Source of the DNA: Vicugna vicugna
Lineage: Eukaryota
NCBI GenBank assembly: GCA_013265495.1
Contig: MU058456.1
Span: 372,001-436,000, forward strand
Direction of reading: 5' to 3'
DNA length: 64,000 nucleotides
Within the stretch, counting starts at the first letter, position 1; each line of letters starts with the position of its first letter. The notes beneath the pieces were generated by a model that had not been told where the DNA came from, made no database searches, and saw only the letters and a program-made list of their open reading frames with translations. Shown here in pieces: positions 11,035 to 22,932 of the stretch. The translations under genes and the position numbers were made by a program.

Positions 11035-13370
11035 TCTACCTGCTCATCTTTTGTGATATTGTTACAAATTCTACTTCTCTCTATGTTATATTTTGCATTT
11101 TCAGAATACATTTTTATTATTTTTATTTAAAAATTACTTTTAAAAAAGAATTTTTGAAAGGGAAAGAAGTCATTCCTAGTCACATATTCACCGTGTCTGG
11201 TTCTCTTTCTTCCTTTATGCATTTCCATCTGCCTGCAGGTATCACTTTCCTTCTGCCTAAAGAACTGCCTTCACAGCTCTCAGAATTCATGGAGGCCAGC
11301 AATAAATTTGGTTTGCCTGAAATATCTTTAGTTTGCCTTCAAATTTGAAAGTAGTTTTTATGGGTAAAGAATTTTGGTTGGTAATTTTATTCTTTTCATG
11401 CTTTAAAGATGACTTTCCATCATCTTCTGACTTGCATGGTTTCTGACAAGAAGCTTGTTTATTGGATACACTATCTTCTTGTGACTGCTTTCATTTTTTT
11501 CTCTTTATCACCAGCTTTAGTCATTTAATGTGTTTTTTTCTGCTTATTCTGCTCAAATTCATTGAGTTTCTTGTATCTGTGAGTCTATAGATTTCATCAA
11601 ATTTGGAAAATTTTGACCATTATTTTCATAAATATTTTTTCTTCCTTCCCCCTCTTTTCTTCTGAGATACCAATTGCATGTATATGGGCCCACCTGACAT
11701 TGCCCCCCAGGTCACAGCTGCTCTCTTCATATTTTTTTGAGTTGCTTTTCTGTTTCATTTTGGATGTTGTTATCATTGTACCTTCATAGTCATTGAACAT
11801 TTCAATATCTAGTCTTCTATTAATCCCAAACAGTGTAGTTTTCATTTCACACGTTGGATTTTGTTCCTTTAGTCATTCATTCAGGTCTTTTTCGTATCTT
11901 CCATTTTTCTCTAAATCATGGTCATATTTTCCTTTACCTGCTTAAACATTTGGATCATATTTATAATATGCTAATGTTCTAACTATTTTTTAGATTCTTT
12001 TCTGCTAGTTCCATTCTCTCTGTCTTCTAGATCTATTTCTTTTGATTGAGTTCTCTCCTGGTTTTAGGCCTTATTTCCTACTTTGCGTGCCTACAATTTG
12101 TTATTAAATGTTAACTGTTGTGAATATTACATTATTGATTGTTGGATTTTGTACTGTTTTTTCAAATAAGGTTGGGTTTGCTCTGGCACACATTTAATTT
12201 ACTTGGAATTAGTTGAAACTTTAGAGACTTCCTTTTAAATTTTGTTAGAACAAGTCCAGAGCAGCCTTTAGTGTAGGCTGAGGAATATCTAGGGCTTCCA
12301 CTCTATGTCTTGTGGATTATGGTCACTTCCACTCTTGCCCTCTGTGAATTCTGGAATTTTTTCTCATTACTCCTTCCTGATGGTTATTTCTGTGTATTCA
12401 GGTGATTCCTACTCAGACATACACGGATGAGTACTCAGCCAGAGACTCAAGGGGACCCCTCAATACATTTCCTGAGCTTTCTCTCTGCAACTAGTACTCT
12501 TACTCATTAATTCTTGCTGCCTTGGCCTCTCTGTATCTTCACTTCATAGAAACCACTGAACTCTGGTTGATTTCCCATTTCATGCACTGCCGCCTAGAAC
12601 TGCCTGCTGACAGTAAGCTGGTAAGTGTAGTTGTCCATCCAATTTTGTTTGTAACCCTTCAGTTAGAAACCATTGACACTTGCTATCTGTGTAGTAGGAA
12701 GCATCTAAGATGGCCCTCGATGATCCCCACCCTCTGGTATTCATATTTTGAGCCAGGGCTGGATCTAGTAACTAACAAATATAAGGCAAGTGTGAGAGGA
12801 TGTCGCTTCTATGATTACAGAATGTTACAGAATACACTGACTTCCATCTTGATAGAAGACTCTCTCTTGCTTGTTTGATGAAGCACCCTGCCATGCAGTT
12901 CCTTCCTGCATGGCAAGGAACTGAGAGCAGCTGCTAGCCAATAGTCAGAAAGTAATGGAGGCCCGCAGTCCCACTGCCCACAGGGAACTGAGTCCTGCCA
13001 GCGACCACATGAGTGAGCTTAGAGGTGGACTCTTTTTCAGTTGAGCATTCAGATGAAACCATGTCACTGGCCAACACATCAACTGCAGCCCTGGGAGAGA
13101 CCCTGAGCTAGAGGATCATTACTAATATTGATAATATGTGACAATTTCATAATAGTTAAACCATGCCTGGCTTCCTGAATTATAAAAACTGTGAGGTAAT
13201 AAATGTGCATTTTTCAAGCTGCTAAATTTGGCGGTAACTTGTTACTCAGCAATAGACAATTAATGCAGTCTGAAAATCACTGTTTCACATAGGCTGTCAA
13301 TTTTTGTTCTGTCATTTAAGTCATGAAGGATAAATTAGGTCTCTGTGACTCCATCTTGGTTAGAAAGAAG
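11035..13370 (-). mobile_element. Old L1M (5'/ORF1 region), interrupted by an MLT1 LTR
   Basis: ORF1-like remnant NVRWAHIHAIGISEEKRGKEEKIF and typical L1M text (catcaaatttggaaaattttgaccattatt). Confidence 0.75.
12690..13265 (+). mobile_element. MLT1-type (MaLR) solo LTR
   Basis: tgtgtagtagg...gatggccc...ggcaaggaactgag...cctgccagcgaccacatgagtgagcttagag...aataaatgtg...gcaatagacaattaatgca. Confidence 0.8.
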
Positions 13371-14445
13371 TCCCAGACCATTCAAATTAGAATCTCTAGA
13401 AGTGGGACCCAGACATTAACATTTTGGAAAACTTTACAGGTGATTCCTATATACAGACAGCTACGAAAGCCAGTATCTTAAATAAGTGATTCTCAGCCAT
13501 GTGCATGTGAATCACCTAAGGATCTTGTTAAAATCAAGACGTTGATTCAGTGGTTCTGGACCTGAGATTCTGCTTTTGTAACAAGTTCTCAGATCATGCT
13601 GATGCTGCTAGTTTGTGGACCACACTTCAAATAGCGAGTATGTAGGTTACTGAGTGCCTTCTGTTTATTCCACTTATTGAGGAATTTGGAACAATTTCCT
13701 TAGTATCTGTACAAAAGAATATTTGACTAGCTCTACCCTCTGTCTTATTCAGTCTCCATTAACTGGCGTCTAATTTGTTAATTCATTAATTCAACAAATT
13801 TTTTATCTCTTGTAACTCCTTTGCTAGATGGATAAGGCACAGCCTCTCCATCCCTTTCAATCTGAAGCCATTCTGAATTTAGTGGAAGAAGCAGATATGT
13901 GAAGAGTACATTACAAAGCAGGCTGGTAAGGGCAAAGGTAGAAGCAGAAATTATGAACTTTTTTTTAAGGGTACAGTGGTCAAGAAGGCTTCTAGAAGAC
14001 ATAATGTTTGAATTGACTTTGGAGATATGAGTGGCCTTCCCAGGGTGTAAATTGGAGAGCTGCTTTCTGAGAAAGTGAATACTGGAACACTACCTCTGTT
14101 TCCTTTCACTGCTTAAGAGTCTTAAACTTGCTTTCATGCAAATTGGACTCCTGGTGGTCTTGCCTGGAGTCTCAGAACTCAGAGATAGGAATGCAGATTC
14201 GTTTCCTTCTTCTGTAGCTCTGTCTTCACCCTCTGTGTTTAAGCAAATGCTTACTTAAGAAATGTCTTTTTATTTTTAGCCTCAAGTCAGTTTTACTATA
14301 GAAAAGTTCCAAGTATTAAAAATTACTATCTTCCATCTTTATCTCTACTGATTTCTCAGAGGGTGGAATGGGGAGTGGGACAGATAGGTATTACATGTTT
14401 CACATTTATTTCTTCCACAGCTGAGTTTCTAACATTTCCCTCTAG

Positions 14446-14939
14446 GAGAATTACTTGTTGTTGCGAAACCCCTTTCAACACTCTTCCAAAATATTTCAGA
14501 TTAACTAATGAGAGCAACCAGCAAACTTAACTATGTGGAAGACAAAGTGAAAAGTTTTGAGCTTTACTCTGTGGGGATCACAAGGAAGAGACGGTCAGTT
14601 TCTTTTGTAGAGCAGCCAGGGCAATTTAGGCTTGTGAAAAGACAACAATCCAGACAATAACCCAGGGTTTTTCCCCTTGAGGTGGGAAAATCAGCCCCTT
14701 AATATCTCTCCACAATTTGTCAATAAAGTTCAAGAGGGGAGCAAGACTCAGTCCTCTTCACAGAACATGAGACCCCTTTGCTGATATTACACCTGAGCCT
14801 AAACTCAATTCAGCGTCTCCAGGAAGGGTGTGGTTAGAGAGACAAGTGAGCTGATTCATAGTCCAGCAAAGACCTTGTACCAACTCATATAGACTACAAG
14901 GACATTGGAATCCTAGAAGCAAATAGTAATGGCATCCAG
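14446..14939 (+). pseudogene. Exon remnant D (alpha2, loop-6 insertion, beta4, beta5)
   Basis: tctag|...ATCCAG|gtttgg. Net frame is preserved: ELLVVAKPLSTLFQNISD*LMRATSKLNYVEDKVKSFELYSVGITRKRRSVSFVEQ...YLSTICQ*SSRGEQD...SSKDLVPTHIDYKDIGILEANSNGIQ, with 7 stops. Alternative acceptor at 14420. Confidence 0.68.
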
Positions 14940-15041
14940 GTTTGGAAGATTAATTTTTTTTTCTAATTGTGAGGATTCACTTTTCCCCTCCCAAAATCGA
15001 AGGAAAGAATCCAGGTGAATAACTGCCGGTTGATGTTCATA

Positions 15042-15190
15042 TTCACTTTAGTTTTTACTTTTTTCTTTGATTGGGGGGGAAGGTAATTAGGTTTACTTAT
15101 TTATTTATTTTTTGGAGGAGGTACTGGAGATTGAACCCAGGACCTCGGCATGTTAAGCATGAGCTCTACCACTTGAGCTATACCCTCCCC
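15042..15190 (-). mobile_element. Camelid tRNA-Ala-derived SINE (long-tail form)
   Basis: Reverse complement of ggggagggtatagctcaagtggtagag...ggttcaatctccagtacctcc...aaacctaattacc; 18-bp TSD at 15024-15041 and 15191-15208 (2 mismatches). Confidence 0.9.
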
Positions 15191-15249
15191 TGCTGTTTGA
15201 TGTTCATAATCCAGAGTGTGATGATGATGAAGAGAGGAAGTAGGGCAGT

Positions 15250-15822
15250 GTGTCACCTGGCTTTTGCTATGTAACACACCACTCCAAAATTTAGTGGCTT
15301 AAAGCAATCAATATTTATCATTTCTTGCTACTCTGTGGGTTTTGTGGGCATTTCTTTTTTATTCTTTTTTGATGGAGATACTGGGGATTGAATCCAGGAC
15401 CTACTGCATGCTAAGCATGTGCTCTACCACTAAGCTATACCCACCCCTCCCAGCACTTCTTATCTAGGCCAGCTTAGCTGAGGCTCCTCATTTAGGTTGG
15501 CGTCACTAAGATGTCTAGATGATTTAGAAATGGCTGGGACAGAGCTTCTATCCACTAGGTCTCATCCTCCAAAAGGCTAGCCTGGGCTTGTTCACATAAT
15601 GGTGAAAGAATTCCCAGAGAATAGCAAAAAATAGTAAACCCCCGTGGGTAAGCACTCTTCAAGTTACTGCTTGCATCACAGTTGTGAATGACCCATTTCT
15701 CAGAGCTAGTTACATGGCCAAGCCTACATTCAAGTAATGAGGAAACAGACCCACCTCTTGATGGGAAGAGCAGCGAAATCCAATTGGAAAGGGTGTACAT
15801 ATAAGGAATTACAATCTACCGT
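15250..15822. mobile_element. MLT1H-like solo LTR
   Basis: gtaacacaccactccaaaatttagtggcttaaagcaa...ggctagcctgggcttgttcacat...cacctcttgatgggaagagc. Confidence 0.7.
15351..15450 (-). mobile_element. Camelid tRNA-Ala-derived SINE (short form), inserted in an MLT1
   Basis: A/B-box tRNA head followed directly by an A-rich tail. Confidence 0.85.
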
Positions 15823-16417
15823 AGGCAGCGACGTCTTGCTTCTCCTGCTCTCAACACCCTGGTTAAATCATCCCATGCACCAGTTATTCCAGGCAGTCAA
15901 GTAAGTACAGACAGGTCACTGAAGATAATTTTCAGAATTACTTACCATCAATCTCCAACCACTCACCACTAGGTTTCCATTCCATCTAAGTCACTTTTGT
16001 CTTCTACTGAACACACTTAACATCTCAAGCCTCTGTACGTGGAGTCTCATCAGGCTGGAAGGACCATATTATGCATATGCTGACCCTGTGTATATGTTGA
16101 TCCCTAGTTTAAGTAACACTGTTGTTGAATACTTTTGTGACCTCCTCGGGGGAGGGTGCGTCCAGATGTGCTCTCCCCCTCTGGGCTCTCAGATGACAAT
16201 ATTTATAACTCTAGGGTTGCCCTGTAGTATCACAATAAAATCCGCTATCACTCCCGCTGGGCTGTAAATGTCAAAGTTCAGGGATGGCATTTTGTCTTCT
16301 TCATCCCTGTATTCCTGGTGTCCACCCCAGGCTCTGGCTGTAAGTAGACACCCAGTAATTGTTGACTGAGTATATAATATAGAACATAGGTAATGCTGTA
16401 CTTAGTCAGTTACTCAG

Positions 16418-16515
16418 GTAGTTTACGGTCTGGTTGTAAAAACAGTACATTCAACTGTGAAAACATCTAGACAGTAATAGAAATTATTTGCTCAAAGAAT
16501 CAAGAAGAGGGAAAA
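16418..16515 (+). pseudogene. Exon remnant E (loop 8/alpha3)
   Basis: tactcag|GTA GTT TAC GGT CTG is in phase with exon D. Reads VVYGLVVKTVHSTVKTSRQ**KLFAQRIKKRE, cf. kinesin V.GL...V.S...LL..G.K.R. Donor aa|gtattt. Confidence 0.6.
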
Positions 16516-17690
16516 GTATTTCCTGATTCAGTTTTCATTATCTTATTCACCTTAAATGCTCCCCTTTCCATCGTTTCTTTTTGTCTCCCTCAACCCCCAA
16601 ATCTAATCTGGCATCATTTTCCACAGCTCAGGAAACAGATGCATTGGGTCCTCATCCCTGTCACCTACTGACCAAGTACAAGTTACTTAACCTCTGAAAG
16701 TTTCAGTTTCCTCATCTGTTCTTGGAGGATCTATGAGGATTAAACAACTTAAGACACTTACAAGCACTCAGTGCCATGCTCAATGAATGTTAGTTTTTAT
16801 TGATGTTTCTAGGATCATTATCACTGTTACATTTCCACTCTACTCCTACTGCTTTCATTACAGCCTTGTCATTCCTCTCCTGGACCATTTTAATGACCTT
16901 TTCAAGACTTTGCCCTCATCCATGCTATGACTTTCATCTGTTGCCTTTCCTACAGGACAAAGCTGACTACTTCTTTTACATGCTTTGATAGCTACTTTGG
17001 CTTCCTTTTGCCTAAAGAATCAAGTTCAAACTTCTCAGCAGTCCTCCAGCAAACTAGATAGTGTGCAGTTCCCTGAATATGCCCTGCTGTCTTAAACACC
17101 CTTGCTTTACAAAGAAGTGGATTTCCAGTGATGATACAAAGTTTATGCCTCAGGGCATTTGCATGTGCACCTTCCAAGGCTTGGCATGTTTTCCAGGACT
17201 CAGAGAGGAAGCAGCAGCCCTGCTGGGGGCCTGAGCCAAGGGCACTGTCACACCCTGGGGTGGAAGTCCTGGGGCTCCAGGCAGGGCCAATTGTCTGTCT
17301 GTACTTCCTCCCCACCTGCCCAGACCCCAGTGACAGCCTGCTCCCAGCCATCTCATTGAGTGTCTGCCTGTCTTTGACCTCCAGGGGAAGATCTGAACTA
17401 GAGCCACTCTGCCCTGCGAGGGGGCCACTCTGACTCAGGCTCCACAGCCACCTCACACTCCCTCCTCCAACCCAGGGCCACTATCGGGGGATGGAGAAAC
17501 TCTCGGGCTTTCCTCTGCCTGAGAAAGACATTGCAGAGAGAAGCGACAGATGAGGCATGGCTGAAACAAAGTTGTGAAACTGAAAGAAACTTCTAAAACC
17601 ATAACAAAAACTGGATTTCTCACACCCATGCCAGAGGAAAGACAGGTCTTCCTAGTCTCTCTACAGAAAATGATATAAAATCAATCAAAG

Positions 17691-17835
17691 GGGGAGGGTA
17701 GAGCTCAGTGGTAGAGCACATGCTTAGCATGCATGTTGTCCTGGGTTCAATCCCCAGTACTTCCATTAAAATAAATAAATAAACCTAATTAACTCCCCCC
17801 AAAACAAAACAAAAACACCAACCAAACAAACAAAA
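17691..17835 (+). mobile_element. Camelid tRNA-Ala-derived SINE (long-tail form)
   Basis: ggggagggtagagctcagtggtagagcacatgcttagcatgcatg...ggttcaatccccagtac...aaacctaattaactcccccc; TSD-like aaaatcaatcaaag / aaaaccaatcagag. Confidence 0.9.
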
Positions 17836-19423
17836 ACCAATCAGAGAAGGAGGCCAAAGCGTAGGAGGAGAATATCATAGAAGCATTTGGGGCAGTTAAT
17901 TCACTAATAAACAACAACAACAATAACAACAGTGTCTTGTTCTGGAATTTATACGCTCATGGTGTTTATCAGCTTGAGAAAATTTGTAGTTTTACCTAAC
18001 TTCATATTTGTAAACATTGCATTCTTTTTTAATTGAAGACCCCCAAATGGCATCAGTTTCAGGCCCAATAAACCAAATCTGTCCCTGGAGCCCATGAGGC
18101 TCCCTCTTCGGAGGACATTCCTTTCCTCTGAAGACATGGTGTAAATGTTGTCCCCCTCTGATGGAACTGCCACCTGCTTTTCCGGACTGTCACTGTAGCT
18201 CGTGCAGGTACCATTCCTGTGGCACGCAGCATGTTGGTGGGCTTCGTCAGGGCAGGCGGATGCTCTGACCCATCGTTGTCTTCCCTGTACCCAGTCCTGC
18301 ATCTGTCATGTACTCAGTGCTTCACAAGTGCTTCTTGAACAGGCACAATCAGTGATTCACAGAAAGGTGGAGTTTGTGTGATGTCGTGACAGATGAGTTC
18401 TAGATGACTTGGAGGAGAAGAGGAGTGGGGACATCCCAGGTAATTAGAGCAGCATAAGCAGAAGGTAGGTCAGGTTGTCAGGGGTGACGGTAGGAAGAAG
18501 GGGTGACTACAAAGGGACAGCACTATAAAGGGAGCTTTGGGGGATGATGAAACTGGTCTGTATCTTGATTATGGTGGCGGTTACATGGAGCTACACGTGC
18601 ATTAACATGTCACATACAACTGCGCATCAAAAGAAAAAAGTAAATTTTACTGTTTGGTATTTTTAGAATCAAATTGATGTACAAAAAGAACTAGGGCCAA
18701 ATTACTGGGTATTTGTGACAGATGATAAGAAAATTAAATTGATGAAAATAAGGGATTAAGCTTTTTACTTGTATAATATGATTTTAAAAATAAAATCAAG
18801 CAAACAGTTCATATTCAGGCATGGTAGAGGATGAAACTGAACTGGCAAAATGATTGGGTGCTAAGTCAGGACTGATATTTAGCTGTGATCCAATACGCAG
18901 CAGAGTAGTTTGCCTTACAAGGACATGCGGGTAAGGAGATCAATCAGGGGCAAGAATGGGCTTAGATTACAGGGATGGTAAGAGCAATTTGTACAGTGAA
19001 AGTCAGAGAACAAGCGCGAATGGAAAGGAAGAGTTGGCAAGAATTGAAACACTTTTTGGATGTAGGGAATGGACAGAGAGTCAAAGATAACAGAGGAACA
19101 ATGAGCTGTCATTGAGAGAAATGGTGAGATTTGAAGGAGAAGGCGATTTGTGGGAAGAACAGAAGGACGGTCCTGATGAGCCCAATGTCACTGCTGGGAG
19201 ATGGAGGCCAAGACAGGAGGGGACTAGGGTTCTGGTGCACAGAGACACTGGTGGAAGGCCCTTCCCAGACCTTCATGTTCCCTACTCCAGTGAAAGAGAA
19301 TTGTCACTCAGGAGAGTAGGATTATCAGTCAAGTCCTTTTTGTGTGTCAGGCTCCACGTGAAGCAGTTTACCTGCACTGTGGCCTCTTTAATTTTCTCAA
19401 CAATCCTATGATGTCAATAGTAC

Positions 19424-19930
19424 TTTTTTTTTTAATTGAATGTAGTCAGTTTACAATGTTGTGTTAATTTCTGGTGTACAGCATAGTGATTCCGTTATAC
19501 ATGTATATATTCCTTTTCATATTCTTTTTCATTATAGGCTATTATAAGATATTGAATATAGCTCCTTGTTCTATGCTGTAGGACCTTGTTGTTTATTTAT
19601 TTTATGTATAGTAGTTAGTATCCTCACCCTCCCTTTCTCCCCCACCCATGTAACCATAAGTTTTTTTCTATGTCTGTGAGTCTGTTTCTGTTTTGTAAAT
19701 AAGTTCACTTGGGTCATTTTTTTTAGATTCCACAATAAGTGATATTATATGGTATTTGTCTTTCTCTGTCTGGTTTACTTCACTTAGTATGACAATCTCC
19801 AGGACCATCCATGTTGCTGCAAATGGCATTAGTTCATTCTTTTTATGGCTGAGTAATATTCCACTGTATGCACGTGTGTGTTTATTTATACATGTATCAT
19901 TTGTGGACTTTTTAATGATAGCCATTCTGA
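19424..19930 (-). mobile_element. L1 3'-end fragment
   Basis: Minus-strand ORF 19668-19925 contains [29 protein letters not shown]; poly-T tail at ~19424. Confidence 0.9.
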
Positions 19931-20032
19931 TGATGTCAGTGCTATTATTATCCTCATGTTTTGAGTAAGGAAATTGAAGCTTTGTGGTTTAAATAATTTG
20001 CTCAAAGTTATGGCTAGGAAGAAGAGGTGCTG

Positions 20033-22692
20033 GAATTTTTTTTTTTTCTTTAAAGCTTTATTTAATATATTTTCAATGGTCAGTGTATAAATCCCATTCT
20101 TAGTGCTAAAATAAAAGCTTAGTTGGAATAATTAGATAACCCTTCTATTTTTTCCTACCTAACCATAAACTAGATATGAAAATTATAATTATTTATTTAT
20201 CTTATTGTTATTAAATTTTCTTTTTACTTATTTTCACTTCTTTTTTTTCTCTTTTTTTAACATTTTTTATTGATTTATAATCATTTTACAATTTTGTGTC
20301 AAATTCCAGTGTTCAGCACAATTTTTCAGTCATTCATGGACATATACACACTCATTGTCACATTTTTTTCTCTGTGATTTATCATAACATTTTGTGTATA
20401 TTTCCCTGTGCTATACAGTGTAATCTTGTTTATCTATTCTACAATTTTGAAATCCCAGTCTATCCCTTCCCACCCTCTACCCCCCTGGTAACCACAAGTC
20501 TGTATTCTCTGTCCATGAGTCTATTTCTGTCCTGTATTTATGCTTTGTTTTTGTTTGTTTGTTTGTTTTTGTTTTTGTTTTTTAGATTCCACATATAAGT
20601 GATCTCATATGGTATTTTTCTTTCTCTTTCTGGCTTACTTCACTTAGAATGACATTCTCTAGGAGCATCCATGTTGCTGCAAATGGCATTATGTTGTCGG
20701 TTTTTATGGCTGAGTAGTATTCCATTGTATAAATATACCACCTCTTCTTTATCCAGTCACCTGTTGATGGACATTTAGGCTGTTTCCATGTTTTGGCTAT
20801 TGTAAATAGTGCTGCTATGAACATTGGGGTGCAGGTGTCATCCTGAAGTAGATTTCCTTCTGGATACAAGCCCAGGAGTGGGATTCCTGGGTCATATGGT
20901 AAGTCTATTCCTAGTCTTTTGAGGAATCTCCACACTGTTTTCCATAGTGGCTGCACCAAACTGCATTCCCACCAGCAGTGTAGGAGGGTTCCCCTTTCTC
21001 CACAGCCTCTCCAGCATTTGTCATTTTTGGATTTTTGAATGACGGCCATTCTGACTGGTGTGAGGTGATACCTCATTGTAGTTTTGATTTGCATTTCTCT
21101 GATAATTAGTGATATTGAACATTTTTTCATGTGCTTTTTGATCATTTGTATGTCTTCCTTGGAGAATTGCTTGTTTAGGTCTTCTGCCCATTTTTGGATT
21201 GGGTTGTTTATTTTTTTCTTATTGAGTCGTATGAGCTGCTTATATATTTTGGAGATCAAGCCTTTGTCGGTTTCACTTGCAAAAATTTTCTCCCATTCCG
21301 TAGGTTTTCTTCTTGTTTTATTTCTGGTTTCCTTTGCTCTGCAGAAGCTTGTAAGTTTCATTAGGTCCCATTTGTTTATTCTTGCTTTTATTTCTTCTAG
21401 GAGAAAATTTTTGAAATGTATGTCAGATAATGTTTTGCCTATGTTTTCCTCTAGGAGGTTTATTGTATCTTGTCTTATGTTTAAGTCTTTAATCCATTTT
21501 GAGTTGATTTTTGTATATGGTGTAAGGGTGTGTTCTAGCTTCATTGTTTTACATGCTGCTGTCCAGTTTTCCCAACACCATTTGCTGAAGAGACTGTCTT
21601 TATTCCATTGTATATTCTTGCCTCCTTTGTCGAAGATGAGTTGACCAAAAGTTTGTGGGTTCATTTCTGGGCTCTCTATTCTGTTCCATTGGTCTATATG
21701 TCTGTTTTGGTACCAATACCATGCTGTCTTGATGACTGTAGCTCTATAGTATTGTCTGAAGTCTGGGAGAGTTATTCCTCCAGCCTCTTTCTTTCTCTTC
21801 AGTAATGCTTTAGCAATTCTAGGTCTTTGATGGTTCCATATAAATTTTATTATGATTTGTTCTAGTTCTGTGAAATATGTCCTGGGTAATTGGATAGGGA
21901 TTGCATTAAATCTGTAGATTGCCTTGGGCAGTGTGACCATTTTAACAATATTGATTCTTCCAATCCAAGAGCATGGAATATCTTTCCATTTTTTAAAGTC
22001 TTCTTTAATTTCCTTCATCAATGGTTTATAGTTTTCTGTGTATAATTCTTTCACCTCCTTGGTTAGATTTATTCCCAGATATTTTATTACTTTGGGTGCT
22101 ATTTTAAAGGGGATTGTTTCTTTACTTTCTTTTTCTGTTGATTTATCGTTAGTGTAAAGAAAGGCAACTGATTTTTGAACATTAATTTTGTAACCTGCTA
22201 CCTTGCTGAATTCTTCGATCAGCTCTAGTAGCTTTTTTGTGGACCTTTTAGGGTTTTCTATATATAGTAACATGTCGTCAGCATATAATGACACTTTTAC
22301 CTCTTCTTTTCCAATTTGGATCCCTTTTATTTCTTTCTCTTGCCTGATTGCTGTGGCTAGGACTTCCAGGACTATATTGAATAGGAGTGGTGATAGTGGG
22401 CATCCTTGTCTTGTCCCAGATTTTAGTGGGAAGCTTTTGAGTTTTTCACCGTTGAGAACTATGCTGGCTATAGGTTTGTCATATATAGCTTTTATTATGT
22501 TGAGATATGTTCCCTCTATACCCACTTTGGCGAGAGTTTTTATCATAAATGGGTGTTGAATTTTATCAAATGCTTTTTCTGCATCGATTGAGATGATCAT
22601 GTGGTTTTTGTCCTTTCTCTTGTTGATGTGATGTATTACATTGATTGATTTGCGTATGTTGAACCAGTTGATTTGTGTATGTTGAATTTTTT
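20033..22692 (-). mobile_element. Young 5'-truncated LINE-1 with 3' transduction and TSD
   Basis: Uninterrupted ORF2 3' part, 3'UTR at 20260-20581 and T-rich tails. TSD gaatttttt at 20033-20041 and 22684-22692 is followed by aaa (TTTT/AA endonuclease site). The insertion interrupts a MIR. Confidence 0.95.
20582..22600 (-). CDS. LINE-1 ORF2p C-terminal part (RT core and Cys-rich domain), 5'-truncated and not a host gene
   Basis: 672-aa ORF with [42 protein letters not shown]. Confidence 0.95.
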   Translation of the reverse strand: MIISIDAEKAFDKIQHPFMIKTLAKVGIEGTYLNIIKAIYDKPIASIVLNGEKLKSFPLKSGTRQGCPLSPLLFNIVLEVLATAIRQEKEIKGIQIGKEEVKVSLYADDMLLYIENPKRSTKKLLELIEEFSKVAGYKINVQKSVAFLYTNDKSTEKESKETIPFKIAPKVIKYLGINLTKEVKELYTENYKPLMKEIKEDFKKWKDIPCSWIGRINIVKMVTLPKAIYRFNAIPIQLPRTYFTELEQIIIKFIWNHQRPRIAKALLKRKKEAGGITLPDFRQYYRATVIKTAWYWYQNRHIDQWNRIESPEMNPQTFGQLIFDKGGKNIQWNKDSLFSKWCWENWTAACKTMKLEHTLTPYTKINSKWIKDLNIRQDTINLLEENIGKTLSDIHFKNFLLEEIKARINKWDLMKLTSFCRAKETRNKTRRKPTEWEKIFASETDKGLISKIYKQLIRLNKKKINNPIQKWAEDLNKQFSKEDIQMIKKHMKKCSISLIIREMQIKTTMRYHLTPVRMAVIQKSKNDKCWRGCGERGTLLHCWWECSLVQPLWKTVWRFLKRLGIDLPYDPGIPLLGLYPEGNLLQDDTCTPMFIAALFTIAKTWKQPKCPSTGDWIKKRWYIYTMEYYSAIKTDNIMPFAATWMLLENVILSEVSQKEKEKYHMRSLICGI

Positions 22693-22932
22693 AAACTCTT
22701 ATACTTGACTGGTACCTTATATTTCCTCTTTCCAATAACCTAAAACTGCTTTTAGATTCTGTTTATTTCAAGATATTATTAAGAAAAGATGCCTAAAATG
22801 GTATTTAATGCTTAAAGACCACAGTTTCTACCAAAGTGGTAGAAAGACTTTATGTACTCTTTTTACTTCATTTTGCACCAAGATTTGCTTAGTGTAATAA
22901 GCTAAGTTTTTACTCTTCTGGACACATAGCAG

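Noticed and set aside
10944..11348. 134-aa ORF MVELDEEELSPQK... as a real CDS
   Set aside because: It runs into L1M sequence after 11023. A different frame (YGRTG*RRTLT) matches the P-loop and is in phase with the upstream exon.
14560..14650. SFELYS...RKRR as kinesin-13 beta4 (FFEIYS)
   Set aside because: A better-placed DLVP...ILE...IQ|VVYGL unit lies ~90 codons later and joins exon E in phase, so this segment is better read as loop 6.
16992..17456. Overlapping ORFs of 66-154 aa on both strands
   Set aside because: A local GC-rich patch lowers stop frequency; no recognisable domain or convincing splice sites.
17691..17765. tRNA-Ala gene (also at 51393)
   Set aside because: Mismatched stems, A-rich tail, TSD-like flanks and multiple dispersed copies indicate a SINE.
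21084..22559. Plus-strand ORFs of 186, 65 and 118 aa
   Set aside because: Antisense frames of L1 ORF2, a common artefact.
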